This document shows positions 34,186 through 42,834 of a stretch of 64,000 nt of DNA, piece after piece; position 1 is the stretch's first letter; every line of letters starts with the position of its first letter. This DNA is from an uncultured virus (IMG/VR IMGVR_UViG_3300037991_001521) (Duplodnaviria > Heunggongvirae > Uroviricota > Caudoviricetes > Autographiviridae): IMG/VR virus record IMGVR_UViG_3300037991_001521, positions 1 through 64,000 of that record, one strand, 5' to 3'. The notes beneath the pieces were generated by a model. The model was not told the origin of the DNA, did no database searches, and was given only the letters and a program-made list of their open reading frames with translations. The position numbers and the translations under genes were made by a program.

Positions 34186-34422
34186 GTATTTACTGTTAAT
34201 AGTGTTAATAGTGATGATAGTATCCAGTCTAAATTAAATTCAAATTTAAACTTATAGTTTAACTTGTTATTTAAACAAAGTACTTACAAGATTCACAGAA
34301 TGTCCATCTAGCGGACATATCTTGTATAAATAAAGGGACTGGATTGTCAGCCAGCACCGCAGGTGCGGATGACGGTCTAGTCCCTTGGCACAGGAAGATT
34401 CGAGTCCACCCTTCTCTCCTCT

Positions 34423-34443
34423 CCCTGTATACATGAGGGATTG
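34423..34443 (-). promoter_or_regulatory. Candidate phage RNAP promoter after terL (phi-OR-like position)
   Basis: AATCCCTCATGTATACA|GGGAGA, same initiation hexamer as T7 TAATACGACTCACTATA|GGGAGA; exact 21-nt copy at 29256. Confidence 0.55.
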
Positions 34444-34462
34444 GATTGAGTCTTACATAATA

Positions 34463-36190
34463 CTACCTAGAAACCCAGTTATAGCAACCTTTTTGTCTAG
34501 CTTGTTGTCTTTGGTCTTTATTGAGACCTAAAACAAGATGATTAGCTGATTCTTGGGGGTGCTCGATGGATGCACGGAGCAGGTCGTTCCATTCTTCACG
34601 TTTTCTTTGGTTGACAGCCTCTTGAGCCGAGATAGACATACAGTCAGTGAAGTATTTGACGCCTTGAGCCAGTGCATCAAGCCGGTCGTCATGCTTGACG
34701 GCTCCTTTCTCACGACACATCCGAGACATCTGGTAAAACAGCATGTACAGAAGTCTTTTTTCGGGTGCTTCGTCCTTATTAGACTTGTAGTCCCAGTCAA
34801 TAACGTCTTTATCGACGACAAGACGGTGTTGGTTCATCACCGGTTCAAGGGCATCGATGATGCGGTCTTCTTTGCGTACGTTAGCTCTAACTTCTTCGAC
34901 ATCTATCGCTTGTTTAGTCTGTTGAAGGTGTTTTTTAAACAGCTCAGCTACGATGCCATCACCAAAGTTAGTTTCAATAACCAGTTTGGTTACGTTGTAC
35001 TTCTTACAGTGTCTCAGAATGTCCAAGAGCGTTGTGTCTGAGTATCCGTCCTTGTAAGCACACATCTGGTGCAGGTACAGAAAACCGTTTCGTTGGCTGA
35101 TAAAAGCTGCAGCCGTCTCATCTGTGCCTCGACCCGACGGGTCAACACTGCAGATTGTCTCTTGGTAAGGATGCCACTCTCCTTGTAGCTGCATTGGACT
35201 GTAGAAATAATCTCCAGGTAGACCAACCGTTGGGAGTTCTTTGATGACGTTACGGGGGTCGCTACACCAGATGACGGAGTCAGGAGCGGTAGTAGGATTA
35301 ACGGCAGTGACCACGAGGTCAGCCATTTTAAGAGGGAATTTTTCACTGTCACTAAGGGAGGTATCCAGCATGAACTGGAGAAGAAAGTTGGACCGACCCA
35401 TAGCTGCTTCACGCTCAATAAGGTCGTCATCCGAAAAGCGATCAGGATCAGTTACGTTCCAAGGTTCAGCACCGTTGTCTATATCGGCCACTAGCTGCGG
35501 CGCTAATAGGCCTTCGTACTGGCTTACCTTCCTAGGGTACCTAGCAGGCCAAATAAAGGGCTTGTAGGACCTCTCAGCTAGCTTAGAATAAACAGTGAAG
35601 GATGTCTGGGGTGTACCAAGGTAGCAAATACGTGAATCTTCTTTAGGAGTAAGGATTGATTCAGCTTCTGTACACAATTGTAGTAGCTTTTCCCTCATTA
35701 ACTCAGTCATTGAGTTGCCAGGAACCTCAATATCGTCAAGAATCATTAAATCAGCCCGGCTTCCGGTCAGCTGACCCGTGATCCCGACTGATTTAACAGA
35801 CGGAGCTTGGTGAGGGCTGCAATTAACGTCAAACGAGATTCGGGACCAGCGGGAGTCATCTGATTTAGGCTGTAGGTGAGATAGCCAAGGTGTCTCAATA
35901 ATTAGTTTTTGTAGGAAGATAGACATGTTATCCGCACGTTCTTTAGATGCGGATATGATCATTATCTTTTTTTCAGGGTTATTGAAAAGCGTCCACAGAA
36001 CAAAGGCTCCAGTAATCCATGATTTTCCCACACCACGGAAAGCTTGTATCTGTAGACGTTTAGGTCCATGTTGAAGATAGTCTGCGATTGCATATTGGGC
36101 ACGGGTAGGGGAGGGCAGATCAAGCTGCTGCCACAGTGCTTGTAGAAACAGCTTGAAATCATTCTGCAACGCCTCAAGGACGTTGTTCAT
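34463..36190 (-). CDS. terL: Terminase large subunit (gp19)
   Basis: QAFRGVGKSW, LTGSRAD...DDIE, VDPSGRGTDE, HDDRLDAL. Confidence 0.97.
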   Translation of the reverse strand: MNNVLEALQNDFKLFLQALWQQLDLPSPTRAQYAIADYLQHGPKRLQIQAFRGVGKSWITGAFVLWTLFNNPEKKIMIISASKERADNMSIFLQKLIIETPWLSHLQPKSDDSRWSRISFDVNCSPHQAPSVKSVGITGQLTGSRADLMILDDIEVPGNSMTELMREKLLQLCTEAESILTPKEDSRICYLGTPQTSFTVYSKLAERSYKPFIWPARYPRKVSQYEGLLAPQLVADIDNGAEPWNVTDPDRFSDDDLIEREAAMGRSNFLLQFMLDTSLSDSEKFPLKMADLVVTAVNPTTAPDSVIWCSDPRNVIKELPTVGLPGDYFYSPMQLQGEWHPYQETICSVDPSGRGTDETAAAFISQRNGFLYLHQMCAYKDGYSDTTLLDILRHCKKYNVTKLVIETNFGDGIVAELFKKHLQQTKQAIDVEEVRANVRKEDRIIDALEPVMNQHRLVVDKDVIDWDYKSNKDEAPEKRLLYMLFYQMSRMCREKGAVKHDDRLDALAQGVKYFTDCMSISAQEAVNQRKREEWNDLLRASIEHPQESANHLVLGLNKDQRQQARQKGCYNWVSR

Positions 36191-36826
36191 TTACTTCATT
36201 TTGGTAGTGTAGGTTTTACCACGCCACGTAAATGTTTTTTTGCCAGCTTTACGTGCTTTGGCAAAAGCTTGGTCAAAGTTAGAAGCGGCAGCTTTACGGC
36301 CAAGTTCTTTTTCTTTTTTCTTGTAGTCTTTGCCCATGCTAGCCATGGGTTTGCCAGTGCCTTTTTTAGCAGTAGGTTTACCACGCAACGCTTTTGCAGC
36401 GTCCATTGCTAGTGATGCTGCAGCAAGCGCTTTGGCTGGCAAGTCAGCTCGTGGGTTAACAAGGGTGCCAACCTTTGCAGCAGTACGGATTTGACTTCCG
36501 ACACGGCCAGCTTTTGGACCTGCGGGCCTTGGCGGTCCACTTCTAGCTGGTTGATTAGGTCCACCACGCCTTCCAGTGTCGCCACCAATGGCTGTAGGTG
36601 TGCGACGGCTAGGTCCTTGTACAGGAGCGGTACGTGGACCTTGTGCACCACGAGGTGCGCCAGTACGGGTACGAGTTACACCACGACCGCGAGTTACACG
36701 ATCTTTAGAACCAGTTTCACGTGCAACACGTGCTGCAGTTTGACGTTGTGTACGGCCGCGGCCATCGTTACGAATAGGAGTTTTTGCGGTTTGACGACCG
36801 CGACGATTGTAAGTACGTTTTGCCAT
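36191..36826 (-). CDS. Very basic Arg/Lys-rich protein with C-terminal FDQAFAKARKAGKKTFTWRGKTYTT domain
   Basis: Coupled ORF in the late operon; composition. Confidence 0.7.
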   Translation of the reverse strand: MAKRTYNRRGRQTAKTPIRNDGRGRTQRQTAARVARETGSKDRVTRGRGVTRTRTGAPRGAQGPRTAPVQGPSRRTPTAIGGDTGRRGGPNQPARSGPPRPAGPKAGRVGSQIRTAAKVGTLVNPRADLPAKALAAASLAMDAAKALRGKPTAKKGTGKPMASMGKDYKKKEKELGRKAAASNFDQAFAKARKAGKKTFTWRGKTYTTKMK

Positions 36827-37296
36827 CAGCCACGACCTCCGCGACGTGCCCGACGACGTTGTGCAGTAGTTAAACGAGAACGACGTGGTTTAGGGTTTGT
36901 GCTATTGTACTTACGAAGTGCTGCAGCATATTTAGATGCACCAGCACGGCCCGCTGGGAAACTACTGCGTGAAGGTTTTTTGGGTTTAGATTTGTTGTAT
37001 TCAGACTCTGAACGTTTCAAGTCTTCACGAGTTCGTGATCCGCCAGGTCCAACAAAATTGTTGATAGCTTTTGCTTTGTTAAATGACTTTTCAACTTCAG
37101 CACGAGTAGAGCCACCAGGCATTTTTGCTTTAATAGCAGGCTTTGCGTTGCGAGTAGCTTTGTTTGCATCGCTGTGATACATCTTGTAGATACGATCTGC
37201 AGCTTGTTTAAATCGTTCTTTAGTAATGTCTCCAGCTTTAAGTTGTTTTCGAAGCTTGTCGTATTTAGCGTTAGCGTCTTTTTTAGTAAGTGCCAT
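36826..37296 (-). CDS. Very basic hypothetical protein (156 aa)
   Basis: Coupled at both ends. Confidence 0.7.
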   Translation of the reverse strand: MALTKKDANAKYDKLRKQLKAGDITKERFKQAADRIYKMYHSDANKATRNAKPAIKAKMPGGSTRAEVEKSFNKAKAINNFVGPGGSRTREDLKRSESEYNKSKPKKPSRSSFPAGRAGASKYAAALRKYNSTNPKPRRSRLTTAQRRRARRGGRG

Positions 37297-37625
37297 CAGT
37301 TAATGTGCGAAAAAATAAGAGTTTCTCTGAGTTTGTTAATTCCAAATGTTTGTCTCATCCAAGACAACCAATGTGTACTTCCTTTTGCCTGATTACACTG
37401 TTTGCAGCTAGGTACGAGATTGCTTGTAATATCTTCACCACCAAAGGTTCTAGGGTGAACGTGATCCAAAGTAAGTTCGTGTAATTCATAGGTCTCTCCA
37501 CAATAAACACATGTGCATCCAAAGTGTTCTTTGATGCTGCGCCTCCAAAGGCGCTTGGCTTCAGAGGACGTCATGGTTATAAGGTTTTGTAAGTAGTGGT
37601 CAGGCGTTGGAAGTAAAGGGGTCAT
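37296..37625 (-). CDS. HNH endonuclease
   Basis: CVYCG...TLDHVHP...GG...NLVPSCKQCNQAKG. Confidence 0.9.
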   Translation of the reverse strand: MTPLLPTPDHYLQNLITMTSSEAKRLWRRSIKEHFGCTCVYCGETYELHELTLDHVHPRTFGGEDITSNLVPSCKQCNQAKGSTHWLSWMRQTFGINKLRETLIFSHIN

Positions 37626-37870
37626 GCGTAGCGTTGCTTCATTCTTGGACGACGGCGATTAGTAGATGCTGTCTCTGTTTTACCTTTGCCAGGTCCAGTG
37701 TGTGAGGCATCTTTACCGTCTCCGTTACCGTATGTGCCAAGCTTTCTGTTTAGCTTGTTAGCAGCAGTACGGATCATAAGTCCCTTTTTAGTTTTGTTGT
37801 AGTCACCTTGCTGTTTTAGGCGGCGTTTGCGTGCAGCAGGGTTTTGTTTGTAGTACGTAGATGTTTTCAT
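37622..37870 (-). CDS. Small basic protein (GDGKDASH...NR, HNH-like fragment)
   Basis: Coupled ORF after terS. Confidence 0.65.
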   Translation of the reverse strand: MKTSTYYKQNPAARKRRLKQQGDYNKTKKGLMIRTAANKLNRKLGTYGNGDGKDASHTGPGKGKTETASTNRRRPRMKQRYA

Positions 37871-38112
37871 CGGCCATGCAGCCTAGATTGTACAAGTTCA
37901 GGATCAACTTCTGGCATAATGGCTGCCAACTTTGCCAAAGGGCTGCTTTCCAGTGCAACACCGCTAATATCGTTGGTTTTCAGCCAGTCACAGGCAGCTT
38001 TTAGGTCTTGTGTAGACGCTTCACCGGACTTAATCCGGCTGAGAAACTCTTTGGTGACTAGATTATGCAGTTCGTTAAATTGATCCTCGGTGGCTTTCTT
38101 TTTGCTAGCCAT
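37867..38112 (-). CDS. terS: Terminase small subunit (gp18-like)
   Basis: KATEDQFNELHNLVT...DLKAACDWLKTNDI. Confidence 0.8.
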   Translation of the reverse strand: MASKKKATEDQFNELHNLVTKEFLSRIKSGEASTQDLKAACDWLKTNDISGVALESSPLAKLAAIMPEVDPELVQSRLHGR

Positions 38113-38338
38113 TTTTCATCACAATTTTGTCAATTTTAGTCTCGATGCGGATCATGTGATCCTCAATTTTTTGGATTGCTGTTGTAAATTCATCCTTTGG
38201 CACGTAGCTGGTAGCTACACGCAGTTCAAAGGTGTCTAAGCGTCGGTCCATCTCTGTAATCCGTGCATGTACACGGTTTGTCAAGGCAGCACCGGCACCG
38301 ATTATTGCAACAGCAACCGGTACAACCGCTTCAATCAT
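38105..38338 (-). CDS. Small protein with N-terminal TM helix and coiled coil (holin position)
   Basis: Hydrophobic N-terminus, ...RIETKIDK; upstream of terS like T7 17.5. Confidence 0.6.
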   Translation of the reverse strand: MIEAVVPVAVAIIGAGAALTNRVHARITEMDRRLDTFELRVATSYVPKDEFTTAIQKIEDHMIRIETKIDKIVMKNG

Positions 38339-38825
38339 TTTTTGTTAGGGAGACAATAGGTACAATGTCGTGACAAAGAACTTCGACACGACTGCCGGGT
38401 CTAAAAGTAAACCCTTTTCTCATAATTTCTGTACATTTAATTGCACGAACAAGTTCGTAATCAAGACGCATTTTTTGTTCATGCTTACGTGCAATAGCTT
38501 TGCAAGTTTCAATCATCCCTCCATCCAAAGGCACAGCAAAATTTAGTTGCAAACCCCAGTTACCACTGCGTGTGTACGTGCCTCCATACGGAATGGTGTC
38601 ACTACCCATGTAAAATGGAGATACCTGCATGGTTGTACCGTTGCAACTGTTGTTTGGTGCAAAGTATTGACGTGACGGTGCTCCGTTGTTTTGGAATTGC
38701 ACGGCTGAATTAGTCACATTGCCAGTTGCCGCGGCCACCGGAGATGATGTGTTTTGTACTTTTGGATCGTTGTTAGCAAATGCAGGAGTTACTGAGAGAA
38801 GATAGACAGCGAGGTAGTAGTAGAT
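38331..38825 (-). CDS. Secreted/envelope hypothetical protein (start uncertain)
   Basis: Signal-peptide-like IYYYLAVYLLSVTPAFA then a Cys-containing domain; no canonical start at the signal peptide. Confidence 0.6.
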   Translation of the reverse strand: MYYYLAVYLLSVTPAFANNDPKVQNTSSPVAAATGNVTNSAVQFQNNGAPSRQYFAPNNSCNGTTMQVSPFYMGSDTIPYGGTYTRSGNWGLQLNFAVPLDGGMIETCKAIARKHEQKMRLDYELVRAIKCTEIMRKGFTFRPGSRVEVLCHDIVPIVSLTKND

Positions 38826-39139
38826 TCTTGTGTAATGACCTCGTCGATGACAATGTTCTCCACTACGCCTGCTGACCGACTCACAACTTCCAGTTGAAAC
38901 TGATCGCCCGCTGTGTGTACGGAATAAGTTGTTGAAGAATCCAAGATGTCGCCACTTGGCGTCACATTTGTTCCAGACCATGAGTCATAGTCACCACCAT
39001 AGATGTTTGTCGTAATAGTACGATCAATGTCAACAGTGGTAGTCGTGGTGGATTGCATACTACCCTGGGTGAAGTTTGGAGTAATTGTGTTAGCGGCGGC
39101 TGGGCTGGCTAACATCAACAGCAAGATAAGACGTTTCAT
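38789..39139 (-). CDS. Secreted hypothetical protein with signal peptide
   Basis: MKRLILLLMLASPAAA|NTITPNFTQGSM. Confidence 0.75.
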   Translation of the reverse strand: MKRLILLLMLASPAAANTITPNFTQGSMQSTTTTTVDIDRTITTNIYGGDYDSWSGTNVTPSGDILDSSTTYSVHTAGDQFQLEVVSRSAGVVENIVIDEVITQESTTTSLSIFSQ

Positions 39140-39432
39140 TCTTCTTTTTTTTTAGGGTCGGGTTTGTTAGAAGCAGCTTTGCTGTTAGATGTTGTCAAGC
39201 CAAACGTAGCTAACGCCCCGGTAAAGACCGAGGCTACAAATGTTATGTCGCCTCCGCTTTGACCTTTTTTGATCATTGGGAGGTCTACATAGTTAAGAGT
39301 GATAATAAAACCACTCCAGACCACAACACCTAAACGTACAAAAGTGCCGAGGATTTGTATCTCATCCTCAGTGTTTTCTTTAACTTTGGCTAAGAAGCTT
39401 TTTGATTCTTCTTTTTTGTTAGCTTGGTCCAT
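39136..39432 (-). CDS. Two-TM membrane protein
   Basis: VRLGVVVWSGFIITLNY and DITFVASVFTGALATFGL. Confidence 0.75.
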   Translation of the reverse strand: MDQANKKEESKSFLAKVKENTEDEIQILGTFVRLGVVVWSGFIITLNYVDLPMIKKGQSGGDITFVASVFTGALATFGLTTSNSKAASNKPDPKKKEE

Positions 39433-39824
39433 ATCTGTTTGAATAGTGGTTTAAATACTTTGACCAGCCATTTAAATAATGATGTTGCAGTAAGGGTGGC
39501 GGCGACACTAATAAATGCCGTCGTTGCTGCAGTTGTCATGATAGTAGTAGAAGGCATAGGAACCTCAACATCCGTAAATGGAATCTCTACTATCTGTGCT
39601 TCGGGTGGTGTGGGTGGTTTAGTTGATTTTGGTTTTGACGAAGGGGGTTCGTCTTTTAGTTCTATAGGTTTAATTCCTGGTGGCGGTCTAAGGGTGTTAG
39701 GAGGCGCTACAAGTGGCTTGTAACTAGGTAATGAACCACGGGGCACCTCAAACACCGTTGGTGGCATTACAGGGGCATCTGGGATAATTAGGCTAGGGAA
39801 GCTTGGTGGATCTGCCCAGTCCAT
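39390..39824 (-). CDS. Pro-rich protein with C-terminal TM helix
   Basis: TAATTAFISVAATLTATSLF. Confidence 0.7.
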   Translation of the reverse strand: MDWADPPSFPSLIIPDAPVMPPTVFEVPRGSLPSYKPLVAPPNTLRPPPGIKPIELKDEPPSSKPKSTKPPTPPEAQIVEIPFTDVEVPMPSTTIMTTAATTAFISVAATLTATSLFKWLVKVFKPLFKQIWTKLTKKKNQKAS

Positions 39825-39985
39825 TATTTAGAAGGGAAAAGTCCGTTTTTAATAAATTCAACAGCAGCATTATCTACTTCGTTGTCAGTAGACTCAGCCA
39901 GTTTAGTCAGCAGGTCAACAATAAGACGCTTAACTTGTTCGGATTGCAGAAATGCAAACAGGATTGGACGGATAAGGGTGATCAT
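39824..39985 (-). CDS. Small hypothetical protein (53 aa, MITLIRPILFAFL...STDNEVD)
   Basis: Coupled at both ends (ATGA, TAATG). Confidence 0.7.
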   Translation of the reverse strand: MITLIRPILFAFLQSEQVKRLIVDLLTKLAESTDNEVDNAAVEFIKNGLFPSK

Positions 39986-40428
39986 GGTTGTTCAGGCCAA
40001 GTAGTAGTAGGGTTGTCAATAAGTTCTTTAAGTGCTGCAACATCAGCACAGTTGTCAATTTCAGTTTGACGTGTGTTACACGCAGTACGGACTGCAGCAC
40101 GGTACGTTGTCCACTCAGTCTCGACAGTGTAGTCAGTAACTTCAAAAGCTTTAACTACACGCCAATCAGACGGAGCAAGTAGTAATGATGCAGTATTGTT
40201 TTGCTCTTGTTTCCACAAAGTCTTTAATTCGTCAAGATCTTTAGGATTATCTACACCCCAGTAAAAGCGTTGATCCCAGGTTTCCCTGGGAGTGTTAGCG
40301 ATTTCAACAATTCCGATGGCTTGCTTCTCAGCAAGTGTCGTTAAACGAAGCCAATTGGCTGGGTACGAGATTCCATTGTGTGTAAATGCCCTGTCGTATT
40401 TCAGGGTCTTACCATCAAGTTGTAACAT
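39982..40428 (-). CDS. Tail fibre assembly/chaperone-like protein
   Basis: YPANWL...WDQRFYW...LLAPSDWRVVK...YRAAVR...WP; follows fibre genes. Confidence 0.7.
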   Translation of the reverse strand: MLQLDGKTLKYDRAFTHNGISYPANWLRLTTLAEKQAIGIVEIANTPRETWDQRFYWGVDNPKDLDELKTLWKQEQNNTASLLLAPSDWRVVKAFEVTDYTVETEWTTYRAAVRTACNTRQTEIDNCADVAALKELIDNPTTTWPEQP

Positions 40429-40442
40429 AGTTATTTGTGAGT

Positions 40443-42834
40443 TTAACGAGCAAGCCCGCCATTGGCTTTGAACGGGTTTTCAGCAAATGCAGCATACATA
40501 TACTTTTCGCCATCTGTGTTATGACCAGGATTATTTGATTTAATCAGAAATCCATTAGAGAGAATATCTATAGGGCCATTGTTGTTTTCACCATTATTTT
40601 CATTTGCTTCTAGCTCAGGATTGTTTTGTGAATCGGTCGCATGGTTAAATCCAAGGCGCTTGTAATCGCGTATGAACCAGTCAGCGGCCGCTGTATTCTC
40701 ATTAATTGCCTTATACATTATCCATGCTGGCCTAAACCCCAACCAAATGAAGGGACCACGAGAATTATTATTGCCTTCATACGAACCAAACGCGCTATAG
40801 CCTTCGACAGAAGTAAAACAGTAAGCGATGTTGTTATTTAGGCTTGAACCTGTTAAACCGCGATTACCATCAAACACAGTTGAATTTACGGTGTCAATTC
40901 GATCTGTGTAAGCATCCTCACGGTCACGCTGGTCGAGCAATAAATTTTTTCCTGAAGTCAAATCTTTGTGGTAAACACGCCAACTATGTCCATTGTCTAG
41001 AGCCTTAGCCATGATAAATTCTGGCACCGCATTTAAGCCATGTCCAACACTCTGCTCGTTAGAGCTTGGATTCCATTTTACAATTGAAAAACCAGCATTT
41101 GTATTTGCTTTAACTGAAGAAGTTACGTCTCCGTCAGTGTTGCTGACCGGGTTTGAGGATCCGGCGTCCCAAGCCCAGCCAACAATCTTTACGCCTGAAC
41201 TGTTTAGACCTACGTTAGTCCCAACAGTAAAACCATTTGAGTTAAAGCTAGTAAGTATGGATGAATCTGTATCCTCTGCAGGATAGTCATTACTATGAAG
41301 AATTTTATCTTCTCCTCTGACCGAATCTATGAGGATATGGTCGCCTGCTTGGTTACGTCGCTTACCCCAGAGGAAATCTGGCTCAAATTCTAAGCCGGTA
41401 ATTGGTTGAGAACTACCAGTTCCGTTCCACAAAGCGGTGTCAAAGTAATCCGAACCATCGGCAATCGTCGGGTCGGGAAGGTTCGCGGTACAAATTGCTT
41501 TAAATCCAGAAGGTGCCGACGTGTTGAAGGGTCTTTGTCCAAAATTCAAGTCTGCTTCAATACTGTGCCTTCTAGACCACCTGCTTATAGCAGGGAAAAA
41601 AGTCCCAGAAAGTCCGCTTGCCAAGAATCCTGTTCCCGCCGCAGGATTGCCACTGTTAATATACGTTCCATTTACAGAAAATACCATTTCCAACAGACCC
41701 AATGTGATAAACACCGCCCATTGGCGTGTCAACAACACCAACCACCATTGATTCAGTAGATGTTTCCCTGACAGTTTCTACGGCTTCAAAGTACCACTTG
41801 CCGCTAGTTAGCCCCATCGTGCCAACAAAAGTAATGTAGTTAGTTCCTTGAAGATTGCCAAGCCAACTTTCTGCGGTATTAGGGTATTTAACGTGCAAGT
41901 TCCCATTACTTGTGATTGCATTTGTTTGATCTACAATCAATGGATTCATAACGCAGTAATTGCCGCTGACTTCTCCGCCCGCACCAGTGTCTGACTGCGT
42001 TCCGTTTACTGGTACGTCGAACAGAATATCATTGCCTGCACCTGCAGTCGAGCTGATGTTGTTTGCTGTCCAATCGTCTCCATTGCTGCTTGAGTCGTGA
42101 CCGACCGTAGACTCGTTGGCAAAATCAAAAAGATGGTATCCGTTTGATCCATATGTTCCGTCATAGGCTATAGCCTGCCAAACTCCATTGTCGTCAAACT
42201 CACCGAAATCTGTTTCGTCCTTTTGCGCACCGTCAATGAAATAAAAATCGGTCAAATAGCCATCAAAATAAAATCTCTTGGTTCCACTGTTGTCTTTAGC
42301 CAAGCCGATCCAATGATCAGCATTACTTTCACCAACGTAGCGGTAATCAAAATTTTGGACAACGTGGTTGGATGAACTTAAGTCAGAGGTATTAACTTGT
42401 TCTCCGTTTACATAAATAATTAACCTATCGTTTTCAGTAGACTGAGTTGTGTCAAACGCCAAGACAATGTGATACCACGCCGCAGGGTCTCTAAATACAC
42501 GATGAGTTATGACTTTTTTAGAGGTACTACTGTTGGCGTATGTTTCTACATAAAGTCTGTCGTTGTTATCAAAACGAATATCCAAACCTTTTGCGGAGTC
42601 GGGACTAGGTCCTGCAAAAAATATCGCCTTATCCACGTTACTAGCCCCCCTACCAGGCTGTTTTCGTTTTACCCAAAAGGAAAAGGTGAATTTTCTTTGG
42701 CTGCCTTCATTTGGATTGCTTCTTGTTAAGTGAGCACTGTCACCAGGATTAAACCGAACAGACTGGATCGGCCCAGCAGCGCCACCGGCTTGACCGGCGG
42801 CACCACCAAGCATATTATTATGAAAAATACTCAT
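40443..42834 (-). pseudogene. LamG/SPRY-type tail fibre or receptor-binding protein split by a frameshift (ORFs 41656..42834 and 40443..41741)
   Basis: LamG (FRDPAAWYHIV) and SPRY start (GKWYFE) in ORF1; SPRY end (NFGQRPF..APSGFKA) and the C-terminal domain in ORF2; mid-SPRY segment appears missing. Confidence 0.7.

Larger units (their letters stand above)
33790..34462. other. Genome end / terminal-repeat (concatemer junction) region
   Basis: Largely non-coding interval between terL (last T7-like gene) and the first early gene; AT-rich 34190-34330; short tandem repeats (CTGGACAAA x2, TGTTAATAG x2); hairpins. Confidence 0.65.

Noticed and set aside
38105..39985. Specific endolysin/holin/spanin assignments
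   Set aside because: Only TM and signal features are visible; no catalytic or lipobox motif I can support
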